A stretch of DNA of 64,000 bases from an uncultured Poribacteria bacterium (GCA_951813565.1 OX638351.1:96001-160000); one strand, 5' to 3'. Shown: positions 43,014 through 53,759, numbered from the stretch's first letter. Numbers and translations: made by a program. The notes: a model not told the origin generated them from the sequence alone.

Positions 43014-43811
43014 TTATACAATCATCTTTGCCCGAATCGCATCGTGGTACTGATAGTTATTCAACTGCAAATCCTGGATTTTGAAGTTGTCAATTGAGTT
43101 CACATCGGTGTTCAGGACAAGTTCTGGCAATGGGTAGGGTTGTCGTTGGAGTTGGGTTTTGACTTGTTCAAAATGGGCGTGATAGATATGAGCATCGCCT
43201 AAGACATGGATAAATTCACTCGGTTGAAGGTCAGTTATCTGTGCTACCATAGATAACAGTAACGAGTAGGATGCGATATTAAATGGCACTCCGAGGAACA
43301 TATCACAACTACGTTGATACATCTGCAGTGACAATTTACCATCTGCCACAAAGAATTGAAAGAACATGTGGCAAGGCGCCAATGCCATCTGATCCAATTC
43401 TCCTGGATTCCATGCGGTCACAACGTGTCTACGGCTATGCGGATTTATCTTGAGTTGTTCAATTACTTCCGCCAACTGATCAATTCTACCGTTTTCTTTG
43501 CGCCACCGACGCCATTGGACACCGTAAATACAACCGAGTGCGCCATCACGTCCCCATGCAGTAGCGTTTGCATTCCATATCTGTGTGCCGAGTTTCTGAA
43601 ATTGTTTGACATGATCGTAACCGCGCAGAAAACCTAAAAGTTCCGCTTTGACAGAACGGAAAGCGAGTTTCTTTGTGGTTACTGCAGGAAACCCGTCTTC
43701 CAGATTGTACCGCATCTGCATACCGAAGAGTGCGCGTGTTTTGCCGTTTCTACCATCGCGGTCAACACCGGTATCTAATATCTGCTGAAGTCCTTCAAGA
43801 TACTGTTTCAT
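43014..43811 (-). CDS. thyA: Thymidylate synthase
   Basis: MALAPCH; YQRSCDMFLGVPFNIASY. Confidence 0.97.
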   Translation of the reverse strand: MKQYLEGLQQILDTGVDRDGRNGKTRALFGMQMRYNLEDGFPAVTTKKLAFRSVKAELLGFLRGYDHVKQFQKLGTQIWNANATAWGRDGALGCIYGVQWRRWRKENGRIDQLAEVIEQLKINPHSRRHVVTAWNPGELDQMALAPCHMFFQFFVADGKLSLQMYQRSCDMFLGVPFNIASYSLLLSMVAQITDLQPSEFIHVLGDAHIYHAHFEQVKTQLQRQPYPLPELVLNTDVNSIDNFKIQDLQLNNYQYHDAIRAKMIV

Positions 43812-43876
43812 GTTTACTACTAAAGCTCCCTTAATGATAACGTTTATCATATAAAAACGTATTTGGAAGCATAAAG

Positions 43877-44308
43877 TTACCTATCTGTACTGCCAAATCC
43901 ACCTCGAGATGTTGAGATCATCTGATCTACCTCATTCCATTCTGCCGTATCTACACGGACAAAAATCGCTTGTGCAATCCGGCTACCTCTTTCAATCGTT
44001 ACAGGTTCATCGGTGAAATTGTAAACCTGAATTTTTAGCTCATCTTCTTCGCCACAGTAGTCGTTATCAATAATACCTAAACCTTGCGCCATCATTAGAC
44101 CAACTTTACGTGGGGTACTACTGCGCATACATATCATCAGCATGTAGCCGGGGGGTGTTTCTAAAATAATGTTCGCTGGGATTAAGGCAATTTCTTGTGG
44201 CGCAATTTCTGCTGATTCGCGGCAGAGCAAATCAAATCCGACAGAACCTCCAGTTTCGTATTTCGGCAATGGCAGGGATTTATCAACCCGTTTGATTTTT
44301 ACCTTCAT
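43877..44308 (-). CDS. dut: dUTP diphosphatase
   Basis: GFDL, RSS, GIIDNDY, RIAQ, RGGFGST. Confidence 0.93.
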   Translation of the reverse strand: MKVKIKRVDKSLPLPKYETGGSVGFDLLCRESAEIAPQEIALIPANIILETPPGYMLMICMRSSTPRKVGLMMAQGLGIIDNDYCGEEDELKIQVYNFTDEPVTIERGSRIAQAIFVRVDTAEWNEVDQMISTSRGGFGSTDR

Positions 44309-45186
44309 TACGACACCGCTATCCCTTCTACTTTACATTCTATGCGATAAACGGATGTACTCGCTGTAATAAAAAGGCTCTTCCAAAAATCTCCACCCCA
44401 TGCCAGATTCGCGCAGCGTTCAGGAACAAGAATAATACCAAGATGTGTTCCATCTGGTGCAAATATCCAGATTCCATTCGGTCCTGTTAAATAGACATTT
44501 CCTTGGACGTCTACCTTCATGCCGTCCGGAACTCCGTTGTCTCCTTCTTCTTCAGCGAAAACACGACCGTTTGCTATTGTGCCATCAGGTTCCACATCAA
44601 ATGCACGCACATGCATGCGTTTAGTGTCATTAATATAAAGGATAGACTCATCTGGTGAAAAGCAGATACCGTTGGGTCTATCAAAATCATCAACAAGAAG
44701 TGTCAACGTTGCACCATCAGACGACAAGCGGTAGACACCATGAAAATCCAGTTCTTTTTCGGATTTAGCCTTTGAAGATAGTCCATACGGTGGATCGGTA
44801 AAATAGATGCTTCCATCAGATTTAACAACAATATCGTTCGGACTGTTCAGACGTTTGCCCTCATAATGCGAAGCAATTGTTAGTACCTCTCCGTCTGCTG
44901 TTGTTCGAGACACACGGCGGTTGTCATGCTCACATGCGATCAGGTGCCCGCCTTTATCGTAAGTTAAACCGTTTGATTTCCCTGATGGATCCCTGAAAAC
45001 TGTCATACCGGACTCTGCATCCCAGCGTCGTATCTTGTTCGCAGGAATATCGCTAAAAAGCAGATACCTTCCGATAGAATGCCAAAGCGGTCCCTCGGTA
45101 AATTGACATCCGGTAGCCAATTGTTCTACAGTTGCTTCTGAATCTACTAAATCTAATAGTCGTGAGTCACGTACGTCAAGTGCCAT
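44308..45186 (-). CDS. SMP-30/gluconolactonase family protein
   Basis: FTEGPLW, NSPND, PNG, PDGMKVD. Confidence 0.9.
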   Translation of the reverse strand: MALDVRDSRLLDLVDSEATVEQLATGCQFTEGPLWHSIGRYLLFSDIPANKIRRWDAESGMTVFRDPSGKSNGLTYDKGGHLIACEHDNRRVSRTTADGEVLTIASHYEGKRLNSPNDIVVKSDGSIYFTDPPYGLSSKAKSEKELDFHGVYRLSSDGATLTLLVDDFDRPNGICFSPDESILYINDTKRMHVRAFDVEPDGTIANGRVFAEEEGDNGVPDGMKVDVQGNVYLTGPNGIWIFAPDGTHLGIILVPERCANLAWGGDFWKSLFITASTSVYRIECKVEGIAVS

Positions 45187-45366
45187 ATTTTTCCTTTCGG
45201 GCGCACAAAGCCCTCCTACAAGAAAAGCGACATGGTTAATGCCAAAATATTTACACACCTTTTCCTTTCAATATCCTTGACACGCATTCCTATTCATGAT
45301 AACATTAATACAATTGCGTGATAGGTCCAATTAAAAAAGGGTTTTCCTAACTGATCGGAATATAAA

Positions 45367-45440
<74 letters not shown>

Positions 45441-45464
45441 ATACTTAAAAAATGAAGTTTTAAT

Positions 45465-45493
45465 AGTGTAACAAATTCGGATATTTTTGTCAA
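45465..45493 (-). promoter_or_regulatory. Sigma70 promoter for tRNA-Arg
   Basis: TTGACA-17 bp-TACACT. Confidence 0.55.
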
Positions 45494-45528
45494 GTTTTTT
45501 GTGTAAAGCACTGCGGAGGAATCTCAGT

Positions 45529-46632
45529 ATGAAACGTATATTTCAACAACTCTCAATTGGTGATGCAGCTTGTAAACGTATATTGTCATTCGCTGCGGTC
45601 ATTATTTTCTTATTCAGTGTTGCCCCCGATGTGGTAGAAAGCCGCCGTGGCGGTTTCGGTGGTGGTCGTAGTTTTGGGCGTAGCTTCAGCAGAAGCACAA
45701 GCCGTAGTTATAGTCGCAGTTCAAGTTCAAGGAGTTACAGCAAACCGAAGAGTTCTACGCCAACACGCAGCACACGAAGTACAAGCAGCAGCTACGGAAG
45801 TCGGACATCAAAAACCACTTCTACACGTCCCAGCACAACAGCGCGCCAGAAACAGACTGCAACGAATCGTGCCAAAACGACTAACACAACGACAACACGG
45901 AAGAATACTGCTACGCGTAGCCAACAGCGTCAAACCACAACACAGGGTCGTAAACAGGTGCGGCAACTTAAGGCGGAAAACCGCAGTTTGAAACGCAAGG
46001 TCACGAAAGCAAACCGACAAACTGCAAATGCACGTAGGCAACAACGCCAAACCATCACAGTCGCTAACTATCGTGGTTACTATAATCCGTATCCAACTTA
46101 TTCATTGTATAGTCTTCAGGCATCTATGGCGTTTAATAACCTCATGTTCGGACTCTATTTCCATGACTACTACAACCATGCGATTCGACGTAGTTATTTG
46201 TGGCACTATCATCATCGAGATTACGACAGATCACATTGGACTGAGGAAAAGCAGAAGGAGTACGAGTTTTATAAAGAGTACTATGAGAGCCAAGGTGTTG
46301 AACCGAACTCTAACTACGTAGATCCTGGCACAAATCGTGATGAAGATTATGTCGCAAGTTATGTTGAAGAAAATCCAGATAAGTTTTATGGCGATGATGT
46401 AGAAGTTGTTACTGTTGAAGAACTCCCCGATGAAGAAGCAATAAAACAAGAACTTCTTGCATCTGCCGAAACACCAACTGTAACTACGAATACGCAGCGC
46501 GCGCCACCGCAGCCCCAAACGGTTATCATAGAAAAGAGAACCTCAGGCGCAATGTGGTTCGTTCTTATATTTGGAAGTCTCCTCATCGTTGGCGTAATCA
46601 TGTTGGTACTGTACAACAAGGGTTATTTTTAG
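45529..46632 (+). CDS. Low-complexity (Gly/Ser/Thr/Arg) exported protein with C-terminal TM anchor
   Basis: GGAGGA SD; signal peptide; RRGGFGGGRSF; His/Tyr-rich domain; C-terminal TM. Confidence 0.7.
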   Translation: MKRIFQQLSIGDAACKRILSFAAVIIFLFSVAPDVVESRRGGFGGGRSFGRSFSRSTSRSYSRSSSSRSYSKPKSSTPTRSTRSTSSSYGSRTSKTTSTRPSTTARQKQTATNRAKTTNTTTTRKNTATRSQQRQTTTQGRKQVRQLKAENRSLKRKVTKANRQTANARRQQRQTITVANYRGYYNPYPTYSLYSLQASMAFNNLMFGLYFHDYYNHAIRRSYLWHYHHRDYDRSHWTEEKQKEYEFYKEYYESQGVEPNSNYVDPGTNRDEDYVASYVEENPDKFYGDDVEVVTVEELPDEEAIKQELLASAETPTVTTNTQRAPPQPQTVIIEKRTSGAMWFVLIFGSLLIVGVIMLVLYNKGYF

Positions 46633-46640
46633 GTGGTAAT

Positions 46641-47264
46641 ATGGCACTATTTGGCAGAAAAGATGGGAAATCTCTGTTTAGTAAACGAAAAGAGGCAGAT
46701 GATAAAAAACCGGAACGGCATGAGTTAGTTGATATTCCGATTGAAAGCATTATTGAACTCTCTGATCTTACTACATATCAAGAGACAGGAGATACCTCAC
46801 ACGCCTTTACGCTTTTTACGCGAAAGAAATACGAAGGTGACGGTCTTTTTCGTTATATGTATCACATCAAAGACGTAGAGGGAGAGCTTGTAGTCGGGGT
46901 TGATCAGATTGCTGGAACAAAGGATGAGTACGAAGTTTCGCGATGGATTGTTGATGGTGAACAGGAACTCGGAGACCCTTTGCCGGACGAGATGACGCTC
47001 CATTATCCTGACCCTGATAATGAGGACGAGGAAATCGCTGTTGTATACAACCGACAGGAGGTTGTCTCAGCAAAACTCACTGTTACCGATGCACAGGGAA
47101 AAGAGGAATTTGAGGCGGAACTCCATGAATACATCAGCGAAAATGAAGAACTGATGTCTATTGAACTCTGCGGGGACTGGTTGACCTTTTACGTTGGTTT
47201 ACTCATATCGCGTTCTGACGTTGAAATTTATCCTGCTACTTTAAATGAACAGATACGGAGTTAA
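46641..47264 (+). CDS. Acidic hypothetical protein (DUF4178-like)
   Basis: Starts 8 nt after the previous stop; LMSIELCGDWLTFYVG...I resembles DUF4178. Confidence 0.55.
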   Translation: MALFGRKDGKSLFSKRKEADDKKPERHELVDIPIESIIELSDLTTYQETGDTSHAFTLFTRKKYEGDGLFRYMYHIKDVEGELVVGVDQIAGTKDEYEVSRWIVDGEQELGDPLPDEMTLHYPDPDNEDEEIAVVYNRQEVVSAKLTVTDAQGKEEFEAELHEYISENEELMSIELCGDWLTFYVGLLISRSDVEIYPATLNEQIRS

Positions 47265-47320
47265 ACGCTATTTCTAATCTGGTATGGCGAGGTTGTATCT
47301 TGCTATTTGTCCATTTAAGT

Positions 47321-47580
47321 GAGGGGTGTGCATAAATATTTGGCGCATCAACACAGACAGGGACAGACGCCAAGTGCCGCTTGATTTATAGAAATGCGTT
47401 TGTAGTCGCGCAATTCATTGCCAAATCAACGCAGCATGCGCCAAATCAACGGTCCGAATGCCTTATGGCATTCCCCGTGTGGCATGCTGCGCCTCTTTGA
47501 ACTTGTGGACGGAAACCCACGGCGTGTGCGGACTACCTTTAAGCGCATATTTAACATCGGAATTATTTATGCACACCCTC
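47321..47580. mobile_element. IS256-like MITE carrying a REP with nested hairpin units
   Basis: TIR GAGGGGTGTGCATAAATA / TATTTATGCACACCCTC; 8-bp TSD ATTTAAGT. Confidence 0.8.
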
Positions 47581-47589
47581 ATTTAAGTA

Positions 47590-47835
47590 GAGCGTATCTC
47601 ATAAATCATTTGTAGGGCGAGGCCCCGGGGAATGCCATAAGGCATTCGGACCCGGTGAATGACTAAAGACGAATGCGCTTTTGGCATTCGCCATGATTCA
47701 TACCGTTGATTTCTTGATTTGGTGCCTCGCCATCTCTCTCATAAGTGGAAACAATGGGCGGGCACAGGGACCCGCCCCTACGATGAACGTAGATCCTGTG
47801 TAGGGAACCGTATTAACGATTTATGAGATAGACTG
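47590..47835. mobile_element. TA-flanked (IS630-like) MITE with a REP pair
   Basis: TIR core TATCTCATAAATC / GATTTATGAGATA; TA flanks. Confidence 0.7.
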
Positions 47836-47836
47836 T

Positions 47837-48307
47837 AACGTGAGTTTGATAATAATATTATAACATGAGTTTGATAATTAGACCTAAATGTAGATGTCCG
47901 TTGGGTAGAGCGAAGCGAAACCTATAGGCGTCAATTTAGTGCCTGATTTTCTTGTGGGAGGGCTTTCTAAGCCCGATATTGTGAGGCTCAAACCGTTATA
48001 TCGGGGTTGAAAACCCGACAAATGCCAAAAAGCGCATTTGGCGTTGATTTGGCAGCATGCCAAACGCGCATGCTGCGTTGATTCGCTCCCACAATAGGAT
48101 ATATCCTAAAATTGACGCCCATGAGTAGAGCGAAGCGAAACCCAACAATTCAACCGTCTTGGAAGTAATTTAAAGTTGAGTTTCACTCATTTTCCTGTTA
48201 TTTCGGCATCAAATGGAGAAAAAATCGCTCTTTTATGTCCGATTTTTTGTTTATTCCGTTCTACCCAACGGACAGTGGTTATTGAATTTTATTATCAAAC
48301 TCACGTT
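47837..48307. mobile_element. MITE with AACGTGAGTTTGATAA ends
   Basis: Perfect TIR AACGTGAGTTTGATAAT / ATTATCAAACTCACGTT; flanking duplication AGACTGT. Confidence 0.8.
47921..48125. mobile_element. REP-targeting MITE (CCYATRGGYGT ends)
   Basis: Ends CCTATAGGCGTCAATTT / AAATTGACGCCCATGAG; 15-bp flanking duplication TAGAGCGAAGCGAAA. Confidence 0.75.
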
Positions 48308-48321
48308 AGACTGTAGATACA

Positions 48322-49242
48322 TCAACGCCGCATATTCACGAGATAAATCCCGGCTGCTACAAGAACAGCACCCGCTAACAAACTAAATGTCAATTCATCC
48401 TTTAAAATCCAATGACTAAACAGTACTCCCGATAATGGTGTGGCAAAAAAGAGGACGACAAGTTTACTTGCACTATATCTTTCAAGGATTGATGTCCACG
48501 CCAAAAAACAGAAGCCAGCGATGACACCGCCTTGATAGAGGAGCGCTGCGCTGCAACTGAGTGTTAATTGGAACGTGCTTCCGCGTTCGAACAGAAAGCT
48601 CAAAACAGCATAGACTGGCAGACTCAAACCTAAGTACCAGACTAAGAGTCGATATGGATGAATTGATTGGACTAACAGTTTCGTCACGACAACTCGCAGT
48701 CCCAAAAAACATCCACTGACAAGCACCAAGAGATCACCAAGGATACTTATTTCACCTTTTCCGAGATTTGGCGCGACGGTTACGAAAACACCGCTGAAGG
48801 CAACGATGATACCCAATGTTTTTGTTAGAGAGAGACGTTCGCCTGGAATCCAAAGATGGGCAAATAGTGCTGTAAAGAATGGATATACGTTAACAAAGAT
48901 AGTTGAGCGTGAGGCTGTCGTAAACATGGTGCCAGTGTTCAACACGATGATTTGGGATATGAAAATTGCGGTGAGCAATAGCAGGCGGGAGAATTCCCCT
49001 CGGTTTAACCCAAGCGGAATGCGACGATAGAGCGACCATACACCGACAACGACGAGGCCAATAACAAAACGAATAAATGCTAGTGCCATCGGAGGAAGGT
49101 CTTCCAAACCAACTTTAATGGCAGGCGAATTCCCGCCCCAAAGGAAAGCAAGGAGTAAACTAAGAGCAATAATTTTCCCGTGCGGGTCCTCGCTGATCAC
49201 ATGGCGAATTGGTGGTGTCCCAATGGTTTCTTTTCTATTCAA
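48322..49242 (-). CDS. DMT/EamA family transporter
   Basis: LWG..., two EamA repeats, about 10 TM helices. Confidence 0.9.
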   Translation of the reverse strand: MNRKETIGTPPIRHVISEDPHGKIIALSLLLAFLWGGNSPAIKVGLEDLPPMALAFIRFVIGLVVVGVWSLYRRIPLGLNRGEFSRLLLLTAIFISQIIVLNTGTMFTTASRSTIFVNVYPFFTALFAHLWIPGERLSLTKTLGIIVAFSGVFVTVAPNLGKGEISILGDLLVLVSGCFLGLRVVVTKLLVQSIHPYRLLVWYLGLSLPVYAVLSFLFERGSTFQLTLSCSAALLYQGGVIAGFCFLAWTSILERYSASKLVVLFFATPLSGVLFSHWILKDELTFSLLAGAVLVAAGIYLVNMRR

Positions 49243-49294
49243 GGGAAACTGATGTCCTCATCCGAGGTTCGATGGCTGAAATCTACCCGTTATA

Positions 49295-50098
49295 TTAATC
49301 ATAGGCACCCGGACGATGATTTCCCATCAGTCGCTGTTGGCGTTCTGTCGCCTGTTCTAAAATCGATTCATCGAACTGAAACCGATTCAAATAGGGCGGA
49401 AATTTCTGTGTTATCATTCTATTGGCGTAATGCACCTGTAACAGATAGCGGGTTTGATTGCTACGGTTTGCTGTGCCTCTATGCCAAACCTCACTCCTAA
49501 AAATCACAACGTCGCCACCGTTGCAGAGGATGCTCTGTTCCGTGGCTCCCTTCCACTCTGTTTCGCCATCGGGTCTTCGTCCAGAGAGATGGCTGCCCGG
49601 GACAAACTTCGTCGGACCGAGGTCTTCATAAAGGTCATCTAAGTAGTAGTGTGCCGTTGTGATGTAAATTGGCACTTTAACGCGAGGGTCTTCTAAAACG
49701 TCTGCGGGGAGCGATATAGGCAGCCAATCTGAATGTAGCCCTTGATCGGGGCGGCCAGGACCTGTAATCCACGCTGTCATGCCAATCACATGACAATCGC
49801 CACCATGAACCGCTTCTGCTAACTCAATGACAGGCGGTTTGTCAAGGTAGTGTAGGAAAACTGGATCACGATTAAACGCGTTATTGATATGTTTGTTAAG
49901 AAAACCTTCTCCATTTTCTGGTACACTGTGCCTATCAAAACTTTCAGGAATTGCTGTTAACCTATCCATGGCATCACGGAGTTCGGCAAGTTCTTCCGCA
50001 TTGATAACTTGCGGCAGATAGGCATATCCATCGTCCTCCATCGCTTTGACTTGACTTTCGAGGTCAGGATATGCTATTAGCGGTAACGCTTGGCTCAT
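49295..50098 (-). CDS. Phytanoyl-CoA dioxygenase (PhyH) family protein
   Basis: HSD, GPTKFVPGSH, WHRG. Confidence 0.9.
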   Translation of the reverse strand: MSQALPLIAYPDLESQVKAMEDDGYAYLPQVINAEELAELRDAMDRLTAIPESFDRHSVPENGEGFLNKHINNAFNRDPVFLHYLDKPPVIELAEAVHGGDCHVIGMTAWITGPGRPDQGLHSDWLPISLPADVLEDPRVKVPIYITTAHYYLDDLYEDLGPTKFVPGSHLSGRRPDGETEWKGATEQSILCNGGDVVIFRSEVWHRGTANRSNQTRYLLQVHYANRMITQKFPPYLNRFQFDESILEQATERQQRLMGNHRPGAYD

Positions 50099-50151
50099 TA
50101 TTTCTTCTCCTCAAATACTATCTTCCTGAAGAACGGGAACTTTTTTAGTCT

Positions 50152-50180
50152 ATCTTAACAACTTTTATAGGGCATGTCAA
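50152..50180 (-). promoter_or_regulatory. Sigma70 promoter for the PhyH gene
   Basis: TTGACA-17 bp-TAAGAT. Confidence 0.5.
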
Positions 50181-50433
50181 CTTTTTTATTGAACAATTCG
50201 TTAACAAAGTGTATCCAACAGTGTGTTAAGTTGAGATCAATTCTTACTTAAAGATTAACTACCATTTCCTTATTTGCACCAATCTCACAAAACCCATCGC
50301 GAAATAAATAGTAGTTCGTAGTATTTTACGAATTAACGTAAACAATTACCATTAAGTTAAATTTAATTCAGTAAATAGTTCAAATTTACATTTATGTTAA
50401 TGACAACTTATTGAAGAGGAAGGGAATGAAAAG

Positions 50434-50712
50434 ATGAAAAATAAAGACGCAACGCACGACAATACAATGCAAAAAAACTTGGAATCAACAAAAGATTCAG
50501 CCATCCGCGTGCCTGGAGTCGTTTTAGAATCTCTACCGGGCAACCTATTTAGTGTGGAGTTGACAGAAAATGACCACAAAGTTGTAGCATATCTTGCTGG
50601 CAAGATGATGCAACACAAGATTTGGGTGCTTCCAGGAGATCAGGTTACTGTTGAACTGTCCCCTTACGACCTAACACGTGGACGTATTGTCTGGCGGAAT
50701 CCAGGGGCATAA
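50434..50712 (+). CDS. infA: Translation initiation factor IF-1
   Basis: [28 protein letters not shown]-terminal extension, start uncertain. Confidence 0.9.
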   Translation: MKNKDATHDNTMQKNLESTKDSAIRVPGVVLESLPGNLFSVELTENDHKVVAYLAGKMMQHKIWVLPGDQVTVELSPYDLTRGRIVWRNPGA

Positions 50713-50886
50713 CACCACTTTGGCAGACTATATGACTATAGCAAGAACCTTGATAAAAGCGCGTGGCACATACGAAGTGTAGACTGACAATCGCTGCTAT
50801 ATCTGTTGTTGTACCTCTCCGCTATGAAATATAAGAAATGCCATACGTTGTTTAGAATCAAATCTAAAAACACGCAACAACATCTT

Positions 50887-50913
50887 GTAGGCGCGCTTTG
50901 AAAGCGCGCCTAC
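50887..50913. repeat. GTAG-type REP hairpin; related copies near 322, 51882, 54273, 61998, 63138
   Basis: GTAGGCGCGCTTTGAAAGCGCGCCTAC. Confidence 0.75.
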
Positions 50914-51084
50914 AGCTTGTGGTGGGCGGACATCAAATCTACACCGATTGTGCGGACAGCAACCCAAATTAGGGGAATCTGCAGGAGTAATTGGCAAGGT
51001 GAAAAAATTGTGTCTTCAATTAATTTGCAAATATAACAAAAACAACATATAATTGAACCACTATTTTCAAGTAAGGAGTAACAC

Positions 51085-51825
51085 ATGTATATTAAGGTTA
51101 TTACACTTCTCTGTGCGATACTGGCATTAGGCGTATTTATCAGTTATAGCGATGCCCAGATTGATCCTGAGAAGGTTGTCGGTATTTGGCTACTTGATGA
51201 AGGCAAGGGAAATGACGTTGAAGATGTGTCTGGAAATGAGAAGAAGGGCACTGCGGCTCAATCAGATTGGGTTAACGGGAAAGTTAACGGGGCACTAAGC
51301 ATTAAAAAAGGTGGCACTGTTACTATTCCTATCGGTAAAGGAACAATTCTGGATAAAATGAGTTTTATCCTGTGGCTTCAGTTTACTGATGTCGGTGGAC
51401 AACAAAACTATTTCTCAATATGGGATCAAAGCGGCAATCGCTATGTCCCATACAAAGATGGTAGTAATTTTCTCCGAAGTTGGACCAATAACTGGAACAT
51501 CAGTAGTGGTGTAAGTGTTAAAGCGGGGACTTGGTATCACGTTGCCAACGTCTACGATGGCAACACCGCGAAGATATACGTTGATGGTGAAGAAAGGATC
51601 TCACAGGCGGTACCAAAGTTTCAACTCCAAGACCAAGATCAGACGGCATGGCTTGCGACTGACAGGGGAACTGGTTTTCAATCGGCAGGTATAATGGACG
51701 AAGTTGGTCTTTTCAACGATGCCCTATCTAAAGATGAGATTCAGAATATAATGAACGACGGCATTCACCAAACTGTTCTTGCTGTGGAACCTTCGGATAA
51801 ACTTCCTACGGTATGGGAAAGCTGA
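51085..51825 (+). CDS. Secreted LamG protein; C-terminal tail frameshifted
   Basis: GIWLLDEG, WYHVANVYDG, GIMDEVGLFN; AVEPSDKLPTVW, then -1 shift from the expected GKLKQR. Confidence 0.85.
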   Translation: MYIKVITLLCAILALGVFISYSDAQIDPEKVVGIWLLDEGKGNDVEDVSGNEKKGTAAQSDWVNGKVNGALSIKKGGTVTIPIGKGTILDKMSFILWLQFTDVGGQQNYFSIWDQSGNRYVPYKDGSNFLRSWTNNWNISSGVSVKAGTWYHVANVYDGNTAKIYVDGEERISQAVPKFQLQDQDQTAWLATDRGTGFQSAGIMDEVGLFNDALSKDEIQNIMNDGIHQTVLAVEPSDKLPTVWES

Positions 51826-51929
51826 AGCAGCGGTAGTAATTATTGATGTTGTAGATTTTACAATCAATGATATATCTGATTGGCGCGCTTATAAAGCGCG
51901 CCTACAGATGGCATGAAGTTAATGTAGTA

Positions 51930-53639
51930 TTAAATCACGCGTTTTACATAGACATAATATGCACCGAGCGTTAATTCTCCTGTTTCATCAGAAAACTCTG
52001 TATGGAGACGTGTTTGTCCTGCTTTGAGGTTGAACGTAAAGGTTACACCTACCGCATCAGGTTTAATAGCCTGTGTCTCCGATTGATCATCAACACGGAT
52101 TTGTGCGGTTTTCAAGCCTAATGCACGTCCACCGTTATAGAGGTCAATTTTCTCACCGGGAATCCCTTCTGTGATGGCTCTGTTTTCCTCACGGGGCCAG
52201 CGGCGCAACTCAAAACTATATTCACCATCTTCAGGAATCTCAATTGCCCAATACCCGTTGCATTCCATCCCGTTGCGTATAGATCCTTGATTCCAAGCAT
52301 TTCCACTACCGTGCCAATCGTGTGTCGTTATACATGCAAGTTGCTCGTTTTGTGTGCCAACGACAATTGGACACTCTTCATCAAACCGCTCCGAAACCAA
52401 CTTCCACCATGCCTCATAATGCTCACGTAGTTCAGCAACGACTTCTGGATGTGCATCCGCTATGTCCTCTCGTTGTTCAGGATCTGCTTGGATATCGTAA
52501 AGCTCGGCACCATTGATGAGTCGCCATCTTTGTGACATTGTGGCACTCTGTCTCCACTTAATCGGATTTTCAATCCGTTGCGAATCGGTAACAACTACGC
52601 GATCTTCCCATTCCACCGGTTTATCTTGTAATAACGGTGCGATGCTGGTACCGTGGAAACGTGAAGTCTCAGACACCTCTAAATCGCAAAGGTCAATTAG
52701 CGTTGGGAGTAGGTCAATGTTTGCCGTGAGTTCGTCAACCTCTTTCTTTTTTGTAAAGCCACCGCCGGGCCAATGCATAAATAGCGGCACACGATGTCCG
52801 CCTTCATAAGGTGAACCTTTTTTACCGCGCATCCCAGCATTGTATCCAGATTTGACAAACTGCTGTCCATCTAAGTCACAGCCATTAGCAGATCCGTTAT
52901 CCGTCATGAAGATTAGGATGGTATTTTCTTCAAGACCCAGTACTTTGAGATGGTGTCGGAGTCGCGCCATGTTATCGTCAATGTTGGTAATCATACCATA
53001 AAAACAAGCGCGCGATTCTGGTTCTCCTTTCCTGCGGTATACTTCGCTATAGGCGTCAGGAACACGGAAAGGTCCGTGCGGTGCATTCGTTGGAATATAG
53101 CAGAGAAATGGTCGGTTTTGGTTTCTCTCAATAAACTTCATGCCTTCTTGAAACCATACATCGGTACAATAGCCTTCAAACGGTTGTTCAGAACCGTTGC
53201 TGAAGTAAGTATCATCAAAATAGTCGTTCCCCCAATAATCGGGAGTTTGACTGATACCACCGCCTCCGTGATAGAGTGCCTCCTCAAAACCACGGTCGTG
53301 CGGACGGAACGGATAGTTATCGCCGAGATGCCATTTGCCGAACATGCCGGTTTTGTAGCCGTTGCGTCTGAAGATATCTGCCATCGTGACCTCATCGCTG
53401 CGGAGAAGCGATCTGCCCCCGATGGTATGCCATACACCTGTTGAGTTGCAGTAGCGTCCGGTCATGATACCTGCGCGCGTCGGAGAACAGGTAGGTCCGA
53501 CATGTAGGTTCTGCAGTTGCACGCTCTCTCCTGCAAGTGCATCTAAATTCGGGGTATTGATGACAGGGTTTCCGGTACATCCCAAATCGCCGTAGCCTTG
53601 GTCGTCGGTGATAACGAAAACTAAGTTAGGTTGTGTCAC
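51930..53639 (-). CDS. Arylsulfatase
   Basis: PNLVFVITDDQGYGD, CSPTRAG, GKWHLG; GTG start with SD. Confidence 0.93.
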   Translation of the reverse strand: MTQPNLVFVITDDQGYGDLGCTGNPVINTPNLDALAGESVQLQNLHVGPTCSPTRAGIMTGRYCNSTGVWHTIGGRSLLRSDEVTMADIFRRNGYKTGMFGKWHLGDNYPFRPHDRGFEEALYHGGGGISQTPDYWGNDYFDDTYFSNGSEQPFEGYCTDVWFQEGMKFIERNQNRPFLCYIPTNAPHGPFRVPDAYSEVYRRKGEPESRACFYGMITNIDDNMARLRHHLKVLGLEENTILIFMTDNGSANGCDLDGQQFVKSGYNAGMRGKKGSPYEGGHRVPLFMHWPGGGFTKKKEVDELTANIDLLPTLIDLCDLEVSETSRFHGTSIAPLLQDKPVEWEDRVVVTDSQRIENPIKWRQSATMSQRWRLINGAELYDIQADPEQREDIADAHPEVVAELREHYEAWWKLVSERFDEECPIVVGTQNEQLACITTHDWHGSGNAWNQGSIRNGMECNGYWAIEIPEDGEYSFELRRWPREENRAITEGIPGEKIDLYNGGRALGLKTAQIRVDDQSETQAIKPDAVGVTFTFNLKAGQTRLHTEFSDETGELTLGAYYVYVKRVI

Positions 53640-53759
53640 GATAGTATCTCCTCTCTTTTTTTGTAAGTGCTTCATTGCTTATCTTATACCATAGGTGTCA
53701 ATCTAAGAAAATGTATCTGTTTTGTGGAGTAAACGGTTGTCTGAACCAAGATTTTCAGT

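Noticed and set aside
51805..51840. Variant WES tail on the LamG protein
   Set aside because: Adding one G restores W-G-K-L-K-Q-R-stop; probable homopolymer error
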